Below, in pieces: positions 1 to 10,660 of a stretch of DNA of 64,000 nucleotides. A program made the position numbers and the translations under genes. Source of the stretch: Phoronis australis (lineage: Eukaryota; Animalia; Phoronida). The first letter of the stretch is position 1. Every line of letters starts with the position of its first letter. The stretch covers positions 186,001-250,000 of the forward strand of contig NMRA01000427.1 of NCBI GenBank assembly GCA_002633005.1, in the 5' to 3' direction. The notes under the pieces were generated by a model. It saw only the letters and a list, made by a program, of their open reading frames with translations. It ran no database searches and was not told where the DNA came from.

Positions 1-3000
1 GTTTCAGGAACAATAGGGTCGGATCCAGGATTGTGAGTCAGGGTAGGTGGCAGGGCAAAGTATTAACCACGTCAGACATTCGCACGCCCCGAGCTGCCTC
101 GTGAAATCTGGGAGAATTTTAGGGGGGTCATGGCCCCATTGACCCCACCACCCTCNCCCCCTAAATCTGCCACTTAGTTACTGACAAAATCAAATGGAAG
201 GTTCGAAATATAACTGTAATAACTAAGACAAGCTTATTTGACATAAAAGCCTTCAAAATAGTAACAACCCTGCAATCAAACGACTCTGCTTCCACTTATC
301 CTAGCTGAGTCAATATTTAGCATTGTATACACAGAAAAAATTTGCCAACGGGGTCCTCTAAAGAATCCTCAGGAAGCGGTAACCAGCAGCAAGTGTCGGA
401 AGTCGTCAGGATGAATCCGGCAGAGTTCAGTAGACACAAGAATCTCGCGAAGCCTGGGGTGATCGTTCCTTTCCGTGAGGTTCTCGCAACTACGCAATGC
501 GACCTAGGCGTAGTGTTGGGGAAGGGGGCACAAAGAAAATACAGACCCGGCGAAACATGTTGTAGAGGACCAGCTTAGAAGGACTGTTGTCAACAACTAA
601 TGATAGATTTATCCTGTGGAGGTCCTGTGCAGGACACATTGCAAAGGACTTCATTCTTTTTGTAATGTAAGTCGTCTAAACGCACACTGAAGTGTGCAAT
701 TAATGAAACATGCATAGCAAAAGTGTTAAGTACAGCTAAATCATTCAAACTTTGAAATTCAACAGGATGAATTATGGAGGTCCTCCCTTTAGTAAAGATT
801 ATGGAGTCATACTTCTACTCTGTCTCCGTGTCTTCTGAAATTATTTATCGCTTACTGTTTGCTGGAAACCTGGTGGTAGCATCCATTGGTGCACATTTCC
901 TGCTATTGAAATTTCATGATTATCCTTCCATATTTACAGGTCCTATCCTTGGACGAAATCCACGTCCAAATTTAGTTGATTTGTGTATTGTTTTCATCTT
1001 CTGTAACTTCTAACGGAATAGGTACCAATGATAAGAACGTTTACCTCCCTGATCCTGTATTTTTAAAATCGTTCAATATCTTACGTTAAGAAGGTCACAC
1101 CTGGAAAGTCCCCCTGCGGAGGATTTAACCGTCAGTCAATGTTTTAATGACATGGCCTTTACACGACCTTTTCGAATGGGGTTCTTTTCTGTAAAGGGTG
1201 ACTTGCCCAATTGCCCCTTTGTCCCCTACAATTCTGGCAGTGTGAATAACTCACGAGAGTAGTGCGTGGAACTTTAAAGTTCCCAAGAAAATCACAGAAT
1301 AAGTCCAAGACATGCAACCCAAACCACCAAAGAAAGCTAGGCGACTTTGTTCCCTCAGCCCATACAGCGAGGCCTGCGCGTATGATAGAGTGTAGCAGTA
1401 ACAAGATAACAGTAGGAATTGAAATTTACCTTCCAACAGGCTTGGGTTTGGGTTACGAAATCGTCAATTATTTGTGTATTTTTAAATTGTGTAGTTCGTT
1501 TAGCGACAATACGGTTTAGCGTAAAGAATTGTAAGCAATGTTTGTTCGAGCGGCCACAGGAAAAGAACCTTGACTGCTATTTGTGGCTTGGGTTTTCTGG
1601 ATTATTTGCGCCTAACAAGCTGCCTTTGCTAGATAATCTCAAATAACTGGCGTGAATATTAAAAATGTCCTCCCGTATAAAACTTTCTATTTCCATTCAC
1701 TTGATCATAAGCATTCACTGAAGTATTTGTAATGACCCTTATGCCGGCATTCAAATACCTGCAGGTATGACTTTCTTTACAAAGAGACAGTAATCTTTGC
1801 TACAGAGGTTGGCGTGTTATGATGAGACCTTGTAACATGGAAAGATACCGATGGATGCAATTATGGAGTAATGACGGAAAGCCGAGATAATAAGCTGACT
1901 GACGAAGAGTTCTTCAAATTCGTGGAGAGTGTATCACGTGATGGATAAAGTAATACGAAATAAATGTCATACGTCTGCTCGTATTGAAATATTGTTCTGC
2001 GCAGGTGTATGGCGCCAATTGACATGCAAGAAAGAAAACATGAAAAACTGGAATAAATTTTATTAGAGCACATCCGTTTAACATTGCAAAGGGTCGGAAG
2101 CAGTTGCGTCATTCTGATTAGTCTCACACTTCTCATTCTGTCATTAAGTGTAGCGCCCTCTTTAGAAGCCATATGCATTGACAACTCCCTAATACGTGGA
2201 CATGTTAATTATATTTCCACATTTAGGAGCAATATCGTTCAGCTAATAAATGTACAACAGGCGGACAGTGCCAAAAAATCGTGTCCCAGTCTGATGTGCC
2301 AAATTCAACAACTCAAAATATTACGTGTCTCCCTCCAACTTAAACACTGAGACAATCGATCATGATCCAAGAAACGTTTTACAGTTGTCGGGTTGGACAG
2401 TGGAGAGCGAAGGGACTCGAGTGACAACTTATTCCAAACAATTCCTTTTGAACTGAAGAAGACGTGGCTAACTAGCAACGAATTGACTAATTCTGCTGTG
2501 AAAACCAAATGCGACTACACATAATTGCAGAAGTCATCATGGAAGAGCTGAATCGTATACAACTGACCCAATATTTACATGAATGGCAAATATTTAATAG
2601 AAACAGTCGCGTGAAACTACCAGCTTTGGGCGAATGTCAGATATTTACTTTGAAACATGTACATAAACTACCGCACTATCCATAGGAGTACCAGAGAAAT
2701 CTTAAGTACGGTCACCGTAATTTAATTCCACCATGTTCGCTGAGATACATGTAAGATTTCTTCAAAAGTTGACGCCCATCCACCGGTCCACCTCAGCATC
2801 CAAATCTGGTCTTAAAGTAAACATGCTTTAAATTTGGGCTAGTCATCTGACTAAACACTAACGTGTTGTCAAGGATTTTTGGAAGATTAGAACACTATTG
2901 TTTTTACTTAAGAAGAATTTTTTCAACACATTCCCGATTGGCAGTGAACGTTCGCATCGTCCGGCAGGCGGGAACTTATGTGCAAACTACTTGAGGTAAT

Positions 3001-3687
3001 TCTGAAATAATACTCTACCACAACAAACAACGTATACACCGGTAATCGCCTTTCCCATGGGCTTGTGAGAATAGTTTTGTGCTTAGGCCACAGTAAAAAA
3101 CAAAACGGAATTTTTGTGAGCTAGGCCTGATGATTTACATGTATTACTACAGATGGTCAGTGGATAGTACAGTAGCGTCTAGTATCCCAAAGTACGGAGA
3201 GCCTACACCATAAGCTCTGTAAATCTCCGAATTTCACAAGTAGCTCCTAGGAGTTGGTTAGAAGCTGGATTGGGTGTGCCCTCTCCAAGTGTCACGCCAA
3301 TACACGTGTTTTTTCCTGAGTACAATTCTGGTTAAATAAAACATTCCGTGTAACATTAATTCCGCTAAAATATTTACATACAAGTAAGTGTCGCTTCAAA
3401 TGCGTACATTATAAAACCTTTAGTTGGGAAAATTCGCCAAAACTCTGTCTATATTTTACAGGTTGCACAAAAATCCATTTAAATTGTCGTAATAAGTAAA
3501 AAGGTAATATACAGAATCATTTGCCAACAGTTTGTACCAGTAACTATATAACGAAGTGCCACTTCTGTTTTGCGATGCTTTTGTGTGGATTTTAATTCAT
3601 ATTTGTTTTCAGTACTAAGCTAGACATGCTGCCAGCAAGTAGAAATGCCGAAAGTTTGCCATTACACGTCAGCATTTCGCCACATCC

Positions 3688-3920
3688 TTAGAAAGCCGCG
3701 TTATCTTTCCCCTCGCGCACCACGTGAATGGATCTAGTTCGCGCCGCAAAGAACACAGTGACACCTATCATAAGAAGCAGAAGGATGGCTAGCACGGCCA
3801 CAACTGCGTAGAAGACGGTTGCACTGATGTGTCCTTCACAGATGGCGTTCTTGTCGTGGTTTTTACTTTTCTGAGTCTTTTCAACTACATTCACCTCTTC
3901 TTTGGTGATTATCTTGTCGT
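3688..3920 (-). CDS. paralog A coding exon 8 (TM helix, cytoplasmic tail, stop)
   Basis: acceptor ttttttcag; ...AICEGHISATVFYAVVAVLAILLLLMIGVTVFFAARTRSIHVVREGKDNAAF, TAA at 3690-3688. Confidence 0.92.
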
Positions 3921-6900
3921 CTGAAAAAAACAAAGCTTTAAGTCACGGAATCGATGGTAAAAATTTTACCCACATTACTATTCTTCTTCAACGAAACATC
4001 TACTCTCGAGAATCATAGTCCTACCCTTTGCGAATCCGTGTATTTATCTTTTGTCTAGCACTGAAGTTAACATACAGAAGCCACGACAATTGCGACCGAG
4101 TTCACGGTTGGCATGAGTAGCTTATAAGGCAATTCTAAATTTTGCAATACTACACACTTAGGCCTGTCTGGTACAAGAGACAAAAAAGAGTTGTAACCTA
4201 AGTTCATCAAAGTAGTTGGAAGACTGGTACTTTTGTAGAGTTTCGAATGCCCATATTGAATTCATCGAAAGGAGTTCTGTTGATAGTGGAACCCTTTCCT
4301 AAAAAGTTTTTGTCAGAAAAATTTATCCTTTCGTAGAAAAAAGTGGTCTTGATTAGAACTGTATCTCTTTCCACGATATCAGCACGTTATAGCATTGGAC
4401 TCCCGAATGAATTACGCAGGCAGACATTTAACATGTAGTGGTAAGGAGCGTTATAAATTAACTGTTTGTAACTCACCGTTTGAAGAAGAAACGGGAATAG
4501 TCATGGTGAATACACGTGACACCGTGCCTTCGTCATCTGCAGACCTCCTCTTACGGCTACCGCATGTATTTGCATCCTTAAACAAAAGAGATAAGGTACT
4601 CAGATTTGTAGAGGAGCTTCGTTTAGGGCAGTACAGCATACCGCGGAGTACGCCCGACATGCCAAAAAGTCTTTTCTATGAACGAAAAGCTGTACAATGC
4701 GGGAGGGAATATACCAGTGGTTTTAACTCCGCAGTGTTTGATCACCTGACGTGAGGATATTTGTGAGGAAAAGTTTTCGGTTTGAACCAGATATCAGAAA
4801 GACTGGCTGCCAAGATATTACTTTTCAAAAAGAGGGATCCAAGTCAATAATTTATAAATTCTAGATTTGATACCGGTGATGGTGAGTCTGAAATTTAAAG
4901 GACACTTACTTGGATTATTTGATGCTTGAAGAAGGTCACCTTAACTCCAAAACTGACGTCGCTTTTACGGTAATATCTGAAGGCGTTCAGTGAAATATAT
5001 ATATTGAGCGTAGTTCCATTCGTTGTCGGAAATCCTACATCAGCGTGGGGTATACCGTTGGCTTTACATCTGCAAAAAGTATAAAGTATAAGTTTATAAA
5101 GACCTGCAAACACATGATGACCAAGCCAGTTTAAAACGGGCCGATTACATTTTGGAGGGCATCAAACTTGATCAGACATCGTGCTTTGTGAAGTTAGCCA
5201 CCTCCTCACATGAGATTGTTGATCATTTGTGCTTACGGATGAAGCTAACCAAACCCATAACACATGCATATATTCAAAACAGAGGTCCAAGCATCATTCC
5301 AGGATGCAGAATGACCATCCCTATTTGTCTGCGTTTTATCGCCGACTGGTCATCATTTTTCACCCTCCATAATTCTGTTCCTACACGCGATCTCATCGAC
5401 AGCAACCAAGGGCACTTTTCAAAAACTCAATACCCTTGCGGAGCATTATGGCGAAAGTATTTGGCTCGTCGAACGAAGAAAGTTGGTTCTTCCATTCAAC
5501 AACCCTGACCCGCAGAGCAATCATTGGGTTTCGTAGACGTAAGAATTCGATGTGTAAAATGGTGTAATTAATATTTCTTCGCTTGTAAAGCATTATTGGA
5601 GATATATCGGGAAGTATTTGTGCTCTTGCGTTTTTGCGAGTTTCTTAGGTCTATAGAACGCAGGCCTGGCCCCTACATGTCAGCGGGCGCCAATTATAGC
5701 AACTTTTCATCACAGCGGCATCGGTTATCTACTGCAGAGTTCGATAAAAGTCAAATTTAGTCCGACTGGCGTAGACTGTATGATCATGAACTTGTAATCC
5801 TAAATCTACTGAACGCATATCTGGTGAGCCACATATTCCCTACTTACCTGTCCTGGAGAAGGTAGACGTTGTTCCCTGCCGGATTCTTGGTGTACAAGTC
5901 ATCAACCAAGGCGCCCTTGTAAACTGAAACGAAACCAAAAGCCGTTGTCATCATAGTTAGCAAACATATACAGTGCAATCACGTTTAAACGGTTAGGCTT
6001 TAAAGAAAATTTTAAAACTGTTATATATGTACACCTGTCATACAAGGAAAAAACAAAGTTCGACCTACAGTACACCACTTGCCGCTAGCTTGTCTCAAAT
6101 TTTCCTCAGCCAGATTTGAGAACATAGAATTGGTAAAATGGTACCTATTGGGTGGCACTTCACAGAAGATTTCTAAAAGCTTCCATGGTTTTCATTCCAT
6201 CTTTGTTTGGTGAAAGGTTATAGTTTGGAACAACTTTTTAACAAAAGTGTTTTGATTAAGTGACATACTTGTCGGCCATTATTTCATAGGAATGCATGCG
6301 AATGTCGGATGTGCTGAGATTCATACAAAACATTTTCAGAATTTTTCAAAATTACTTTTTCCTCTATTGTTTCATATGCTCAATAAAACCCCACGTCCAA
6401 AATTCATAGATTTTATCTTCCCTCCCTCCAACCGCTGCAGGTTTTCCCAAATAATGCCCCGTAAATGCAAAATACTGACCAATAAGAACAAATAAAACTA
6501 CTAGGATCTTTAAATTACTGATTTAATAGCAGTTTAAAGATAACCTGAAAGTGATATTGACCCAAGGAACTATACTTTTAGTCAACCAGCTGCACGGTCC
6601 ATAATACTCGGTTCAACACAAAAAACGACAGCACTATTAAGAAGTGATAGCCAATTTATGTCTCTAACTGCTCATTCAGCGCCACCTTTTGACCACTCCT
6701 TGTCACATATTCTCGCATACCCACAGTGTTATAGTCTTCCAGAGAACCGTTTGGATCCAAACTGGAACATTTGTCCTCTTAACTTCCCTAATCAAACACG
6801 TAAAGTAATTAGATAACTCGCTGAAAAAATGGGTTGCATTGCAATACTTACGCGAAAGAGAGAAGTCGATCTCGAGACAGAGCCAAAATTTTACTCCAAG

Positions 6901-9108
6901 TACGACAAATTTGACTGGTACGCCAAACAGGTCGGCGAGAGCCGAGAGTACAACAACTGGCAACGGACCTTCACGACCGGGTACAACTGCAATCGAGCTG
7001 TAAAATGTCGAAAACAGGTTTCTTGGATTGATTCACTCCACAAAGTTTTAAGAAAATTTCTAGTTATTGGAGAAGAGGATATATAAACATTTATGCATGT
7101 ATATACACATCATCTATATTACAACTACCTATCCAAAATTTGAAGATAATGACATCTACACTGTATTGTGTACATATAGGTTTGAAATGTTCTGTGGACA
7201 GCTAGCATGTAGTTGGATGGGTTGTCGAAAGTGTTTCTACGATTGGAGAATGACCAATGTTACAGTGGAATTTGTTGACTAATTTTGCCGGGAAATCATT
7301 AGTTGTCTAAAAAGTCTCGATTGATGAACAAAAATGTCAAAATCGAAATAAAACAATGAAATTAGGCTTCATTAGGTAACTACTGTAACAACGCTCGATA
7401 AAAACTAGTAAAACTACGAATGAAATACTTGTAGGAGTTGGCTTTCCATGGATAGACTTCCTCGTAAAATAATTCCTTGGTGCTCAGATTTCCAATCAAA
7501 CAAATTTTGTGAAAAAATGGATCTCCTTGTATGAATAGTCTAATATGTGTATGTATACGAATGTGTATGCGCGTGCGCACGTGTGCGTGAGTGTGCGTTT
7601 CTATACAAACACCTACTTACCCGTTGACTCCATAAGTTTCTAAGACGCTTTTGGACGCATCAATCGCAGTCACGTTGCAAGTAATATTTGTTAATGTATC
7701 CTGGTGCGTGTCGAACTCTTTTACATAATGAATTCTCACTTGGAAGTTGGCCATGCCATCGGCCTATAACGAAAGAGTCATTCTTGTGAATAAAAGTAAA
7801 GCTGGCCATACGGAAGAAGGATGTGTTTGATTATGGGACATGTATCGCAAAAACGACTTCAAATTACCACATCCGCTCTCACCCCTGACACTGTGACGTC
7901 ACAAAAAGCTGAAATTTGTTTTTTGTTAATTTTCTGTGATGACTGAATACAAATTTTGGCAACATTTTGTTCATGTTATATGATATATAAACAGAGTCGG
8001 ATACACTGAACACTTTAACATTTTTTCCAAATTTCATTTCGTTTTCTTTTCATGAACTCTTGATGTTTTCATAAAAATGATAAATGCCTCCTTTTGATAG
8101 CCTCTTTTGCGACATCGATTAAAAGAACAGTATTTAATCCGTAGCATCTGAAAGTTTCAAGTGCTTTTTCAGAAAATGCACAACATTGGAAACAAACATG
8201 GATTGTGAGAAACAGCATGTTATGTCACCATGTCTGATAGCACTTACGCCAGCTGCGATGCCGCATGCAGTCAAGTTGGTAACGTACAGCTCAAACGTTC
8301 CAGCCACATCCATGTCTACGAAGCAGCCTGGTGTGCTAGCATAGCCCTCCACTGAGACAAGATTATACCTAAGTCCATTTGTTTGATTTCGGAGGAAAGT
8401 CACTGTGACCGTGTTGTTGAAGCACATGTACGTACCTGTGGTCAAAGGGGACCATAAATGAGAGACAGCGAAAGGGGATAGCTGAAGCGTATGGCAGGAG
8501 ACATGGGTGGCGCAGCACTGAAAATATCCGGGGACTATAGCCCGCCCCATCCGTCCCTTTTGGTGGGCCGCCCGTGGGAGAGGGAAATTTAAGGAGGGAG
8601 AGAGTATTCCAGGCAGCAATACAGGCTATCTTCAGTAGTGAGACGGATGAGGGGGGTACAGGAATGCAGCCTAGTAGGGAGGAGAGAAAGGGGAAGGCTG
8701 CGAGAAAACCTAATGATACCAGTTCAGGTACATGTAGGCAAACATTAACAATAAGAGCATTTAACATTTTAGGAAACCATGCATCATTTAACATTAGCTA
8801 CTACCGATTATCCTTTCTTAAAATGTCGAATAGATATTTAACACAAGAACAAGTATTTTTACGTAACTTACGCAGTTTTAAGCATCTTACCACCAACAGT
8901 CGGTTACTTCTTCCCAAAAACAGTCAGTGCAACTCACGGAATATTTCGGGCACTTAACATTGTTTTACCCTAACAACCAATCACGACTGAATGTCGGCGC
9001 ACGTGACTCACCGTTAGGATGAGGAAGGTCAGGGTTGAGATTAACCTGAGCGCTTACGGTAACTGTCATAATAGCACCGATCACGAGGTATGTGAAGATA
9101 GCTGACAT
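3688..9108 (-). CDS. ZP-domain (zona pellucida module) membrane-anchored precursor, paralog A; 8 coding exons, 380 aa
   Basis: Coding exons 9108-9012, 8435-8248, 7763-7621, 6997-6852, 5923-5848, 5069-4910, 4576-4477, 3920-3688. All junctions are GT-AG with compatible phases (1,0,2,1,2,0,1), giving 1143 nt with no internal stop. Protein: MSAIFTYLVIGAIMTVTVSA signal peptide; ZP-N with 4 Cys (YMCFNNTVTV..TPGCF..LTACG..FDTHQD..ITCNV); ZP-C-like (YLLQDRC..ISLNAFRY); SRKRRS furin site; hydrophobic patch VFTMTIPV; TM ATVFYAVVAVLAILLLLMIGVTVFF; tail ending GKDNAAF. The same exon structure recurs in paralog B. Family assignment is from motif recognition, not a database search. Confidence 0.9.
4477..4576 (-). 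CDS. paralog A coding exon 7 (furin site and external hydrophobic patch)
   Basis: acceptor tgtttaag, donor gtgagt; DANTCGSRKRRSADDEGTVSRVFTMTIPVSSSN. Confidence 0.9.
4910..5069 (-). CDS. paralog A coding exon 6 (ZP-C)
   Basis: acceptor ttttgcag, donor gtaagt; CKANGIPHADVGFP...ISLNAFRYY...VKVTFFKHQIIQ. Confidence 0.9.
5848..5923 (-). CDS. paralog A coding exon 5 (ZP-C)
   Basis: acceptor gtttcag, donor gtaagt; YKGALVDDLYTKNPAGNNVYLLQD(R). Confidence 0.88.
6852..6997 (-). CDS. paralog A coding exon 4 (linker / ZP-C start)
   Basis: acceptor ttttacag, donor gtaagt; SIAVVPGREGPLPVVVL...VVLGVKFWLCLEIDFSLS. Confidence 0.9.
7621..7763 (-). CDS. paralog A coding exon 3 (ZP-N end, Cys4)
   Basis: acceptor cgttatag, donor gtaagt; ADGMANFQVRIHYVKEFDTHQDTLTNITCNV...YGVNG. 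Confidence 0.9.
8248..8435 (-). CDS. paralog A coding exon 2 (ZP-N, Cys1-3)
   Basis: acceptor accacag, donor gtaagt; TYMCFNNTVTVTF...TPGCF...LTACGIAAG. Confidence 0.9.
9012..9108 (-). CDS. paralog A coding exon 1 (signal peptide)
   Basis: ATG at 9108, MSAIFTYLVIGAIMTVTVSAQVNLNPDLPHPN(G); acceptor tttttaag before 9119; donor gtgagt. Confidence 0.88.
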
Positions 9109-10477
9109 CTTGTCAATACCTTAAAAATAAACATAAAAGCTCCATGTTATAATAACACTGATAACTTAGGGTTCCAAATATTGCTCGATATTTTCAAAAA
9201 TGAGCTTTAATAAGCGGTCTATTGAAAAGTACACCCACCCCAGGCTGGCGCTAATTTCAATTCAACGCCTCCTCCTGAAAAGTGTCGCATAGAAATTAAA
9301 ATAACGGGAAGACGAACTACCAGGTGTGAGGACTATGGGTATATGGGTACACCTAGCAGAGGGGACATGGCAAGGCTCAGGCGGCTAAGGGGCGAACTCC
9401 ACTTTCATTCAGTTTTGGCACTCCAATCAGTTTGCTTTTTAGGAAATACACTTTTCATTTAAAACGACTACAAATCAATATTGCAATGAGTCCAAGCATT
9501 CTGACATTCCGAATGCATTACCAGTGGCAGTTTCTGTCTAACATGGTCAGTAAGACCGAATTTACCACTAAAATTTGAACATTTACTCTGATGTTGTTAA
9601 AGAATCCTGGAACGTGATAAACAGACTAAATTGCTATATTGAAAGTGGTCACTGAAAAACAATTCAACCTGATCACCATTTGTTTTTGGGTTTCTTGGTA
9701 AAAATGTTTAATTTCCATTGATATCAAAGCATTTTCATTTAGCTTCAAATTTCAAAAAACGATCTGTCAACTGCTTGCCACTTCGTCGATTTTTCTCTTA
9801 CAAGGCAAAGCAGGTCTCCTAATTTGATATGGCAAAGCATACAAGTAGACCATTTCACATGGAAAATGTGACCTTTGACATCAGCAACTGACAATGAACG
9901 CATCCGCGCATTATCATACCGGTAAGTGTGAGGGAGATTAGGAGCTAAGTCTTAACCACTGAATTTTTAATTCGCCTGTTTTTAAAAAATCTAGAACTTT
10001 GTGATTTGTTTCTAGAAACTTCATAACAGGAGAGAGTAAATTACTCTCTACTAGACGTTGGGAGATGGCACTTTCGTCAGGAATTGTTTAAAAGATATTA
10101 AATTATTTTTTCACAGTTTACCAAGTGGCAAAATTGTTGCTTATTTGCTATGCAAAATTGTAAAGAGTTCTTAACAAAAAGGAGTCAAAGTGGATCTCGA
10201 TCTGGAAACTAAAGATTTTTATCACCAGCTTGTGCAAGTTTGATGATTATTTTAAAGCCAAGGGATTTCCAATTACGCCTATCAAAATATTTCAAATAAT
10301 CAGGCGACGCTATAAGTTTAATAATTCATTTCTGTTAGCAACATTTAAATGTTTGTTTTAAGTCCTTACGACTTGTACATGGTATCGCAGTCTTCGTCGT
10401 CACGTCAGTCGACTTCGCAAATAGTCGCTACCGTCAGAGCGCTTTCGTTTCTTGTAGTTGATACACAACAAACTTAC

Positions 10478-10527
10478 CTACAACCAGTCTTTGCCTGAAT
10501 ACGTCTTACGAATTGCGTTGACAAACT
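10478..10527 (-). other. paralog A putative non-coding first exon (5' UTR)
   Basis: Begins at the A of the TCAGTT initiator (10527) and ends at a TAG|gtaagt donor; conserved in paralog B at 44725-44775. Confidence 0.7.
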
Positions 10528-10660
10528 GAGAGTTTAAGGATGATCTCCGGGCTTTATACCAGTTAGGGCGTGTGCGTTATTTTGCAGCGCATTGGCTGGT
10601 CGTGTCACTGAGCACAAACAAACAGGTGGAGTCATAATTATAGTCACTGGTTCGTTGAAT
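10524..10660 (-). promoter_or_regulatory. core promoter of paralog A: TATAAAG (10558-10552) plus Inr TCAGTT
   Basis: First T of TATA is 31 nt upstream of the Inr A; same spacing in paralog B; conserved upstream block contains E-box CAGGTG (10623-10628). Confidence 0.7.

Noticed and set aside
300-1500. Coding-looking stretch at the window start
   Set aside because: Stops in all frames and no motif I recognise; possibly an old TE.
4395-4754. Plus-strand ORFs shared by both copies (also 31862-32074, 6829-7086, 35836-36123)
   Set aside because: Antisense shadows of ZP exons and recently duplicated introns; starts and stops are not conserved between copies.
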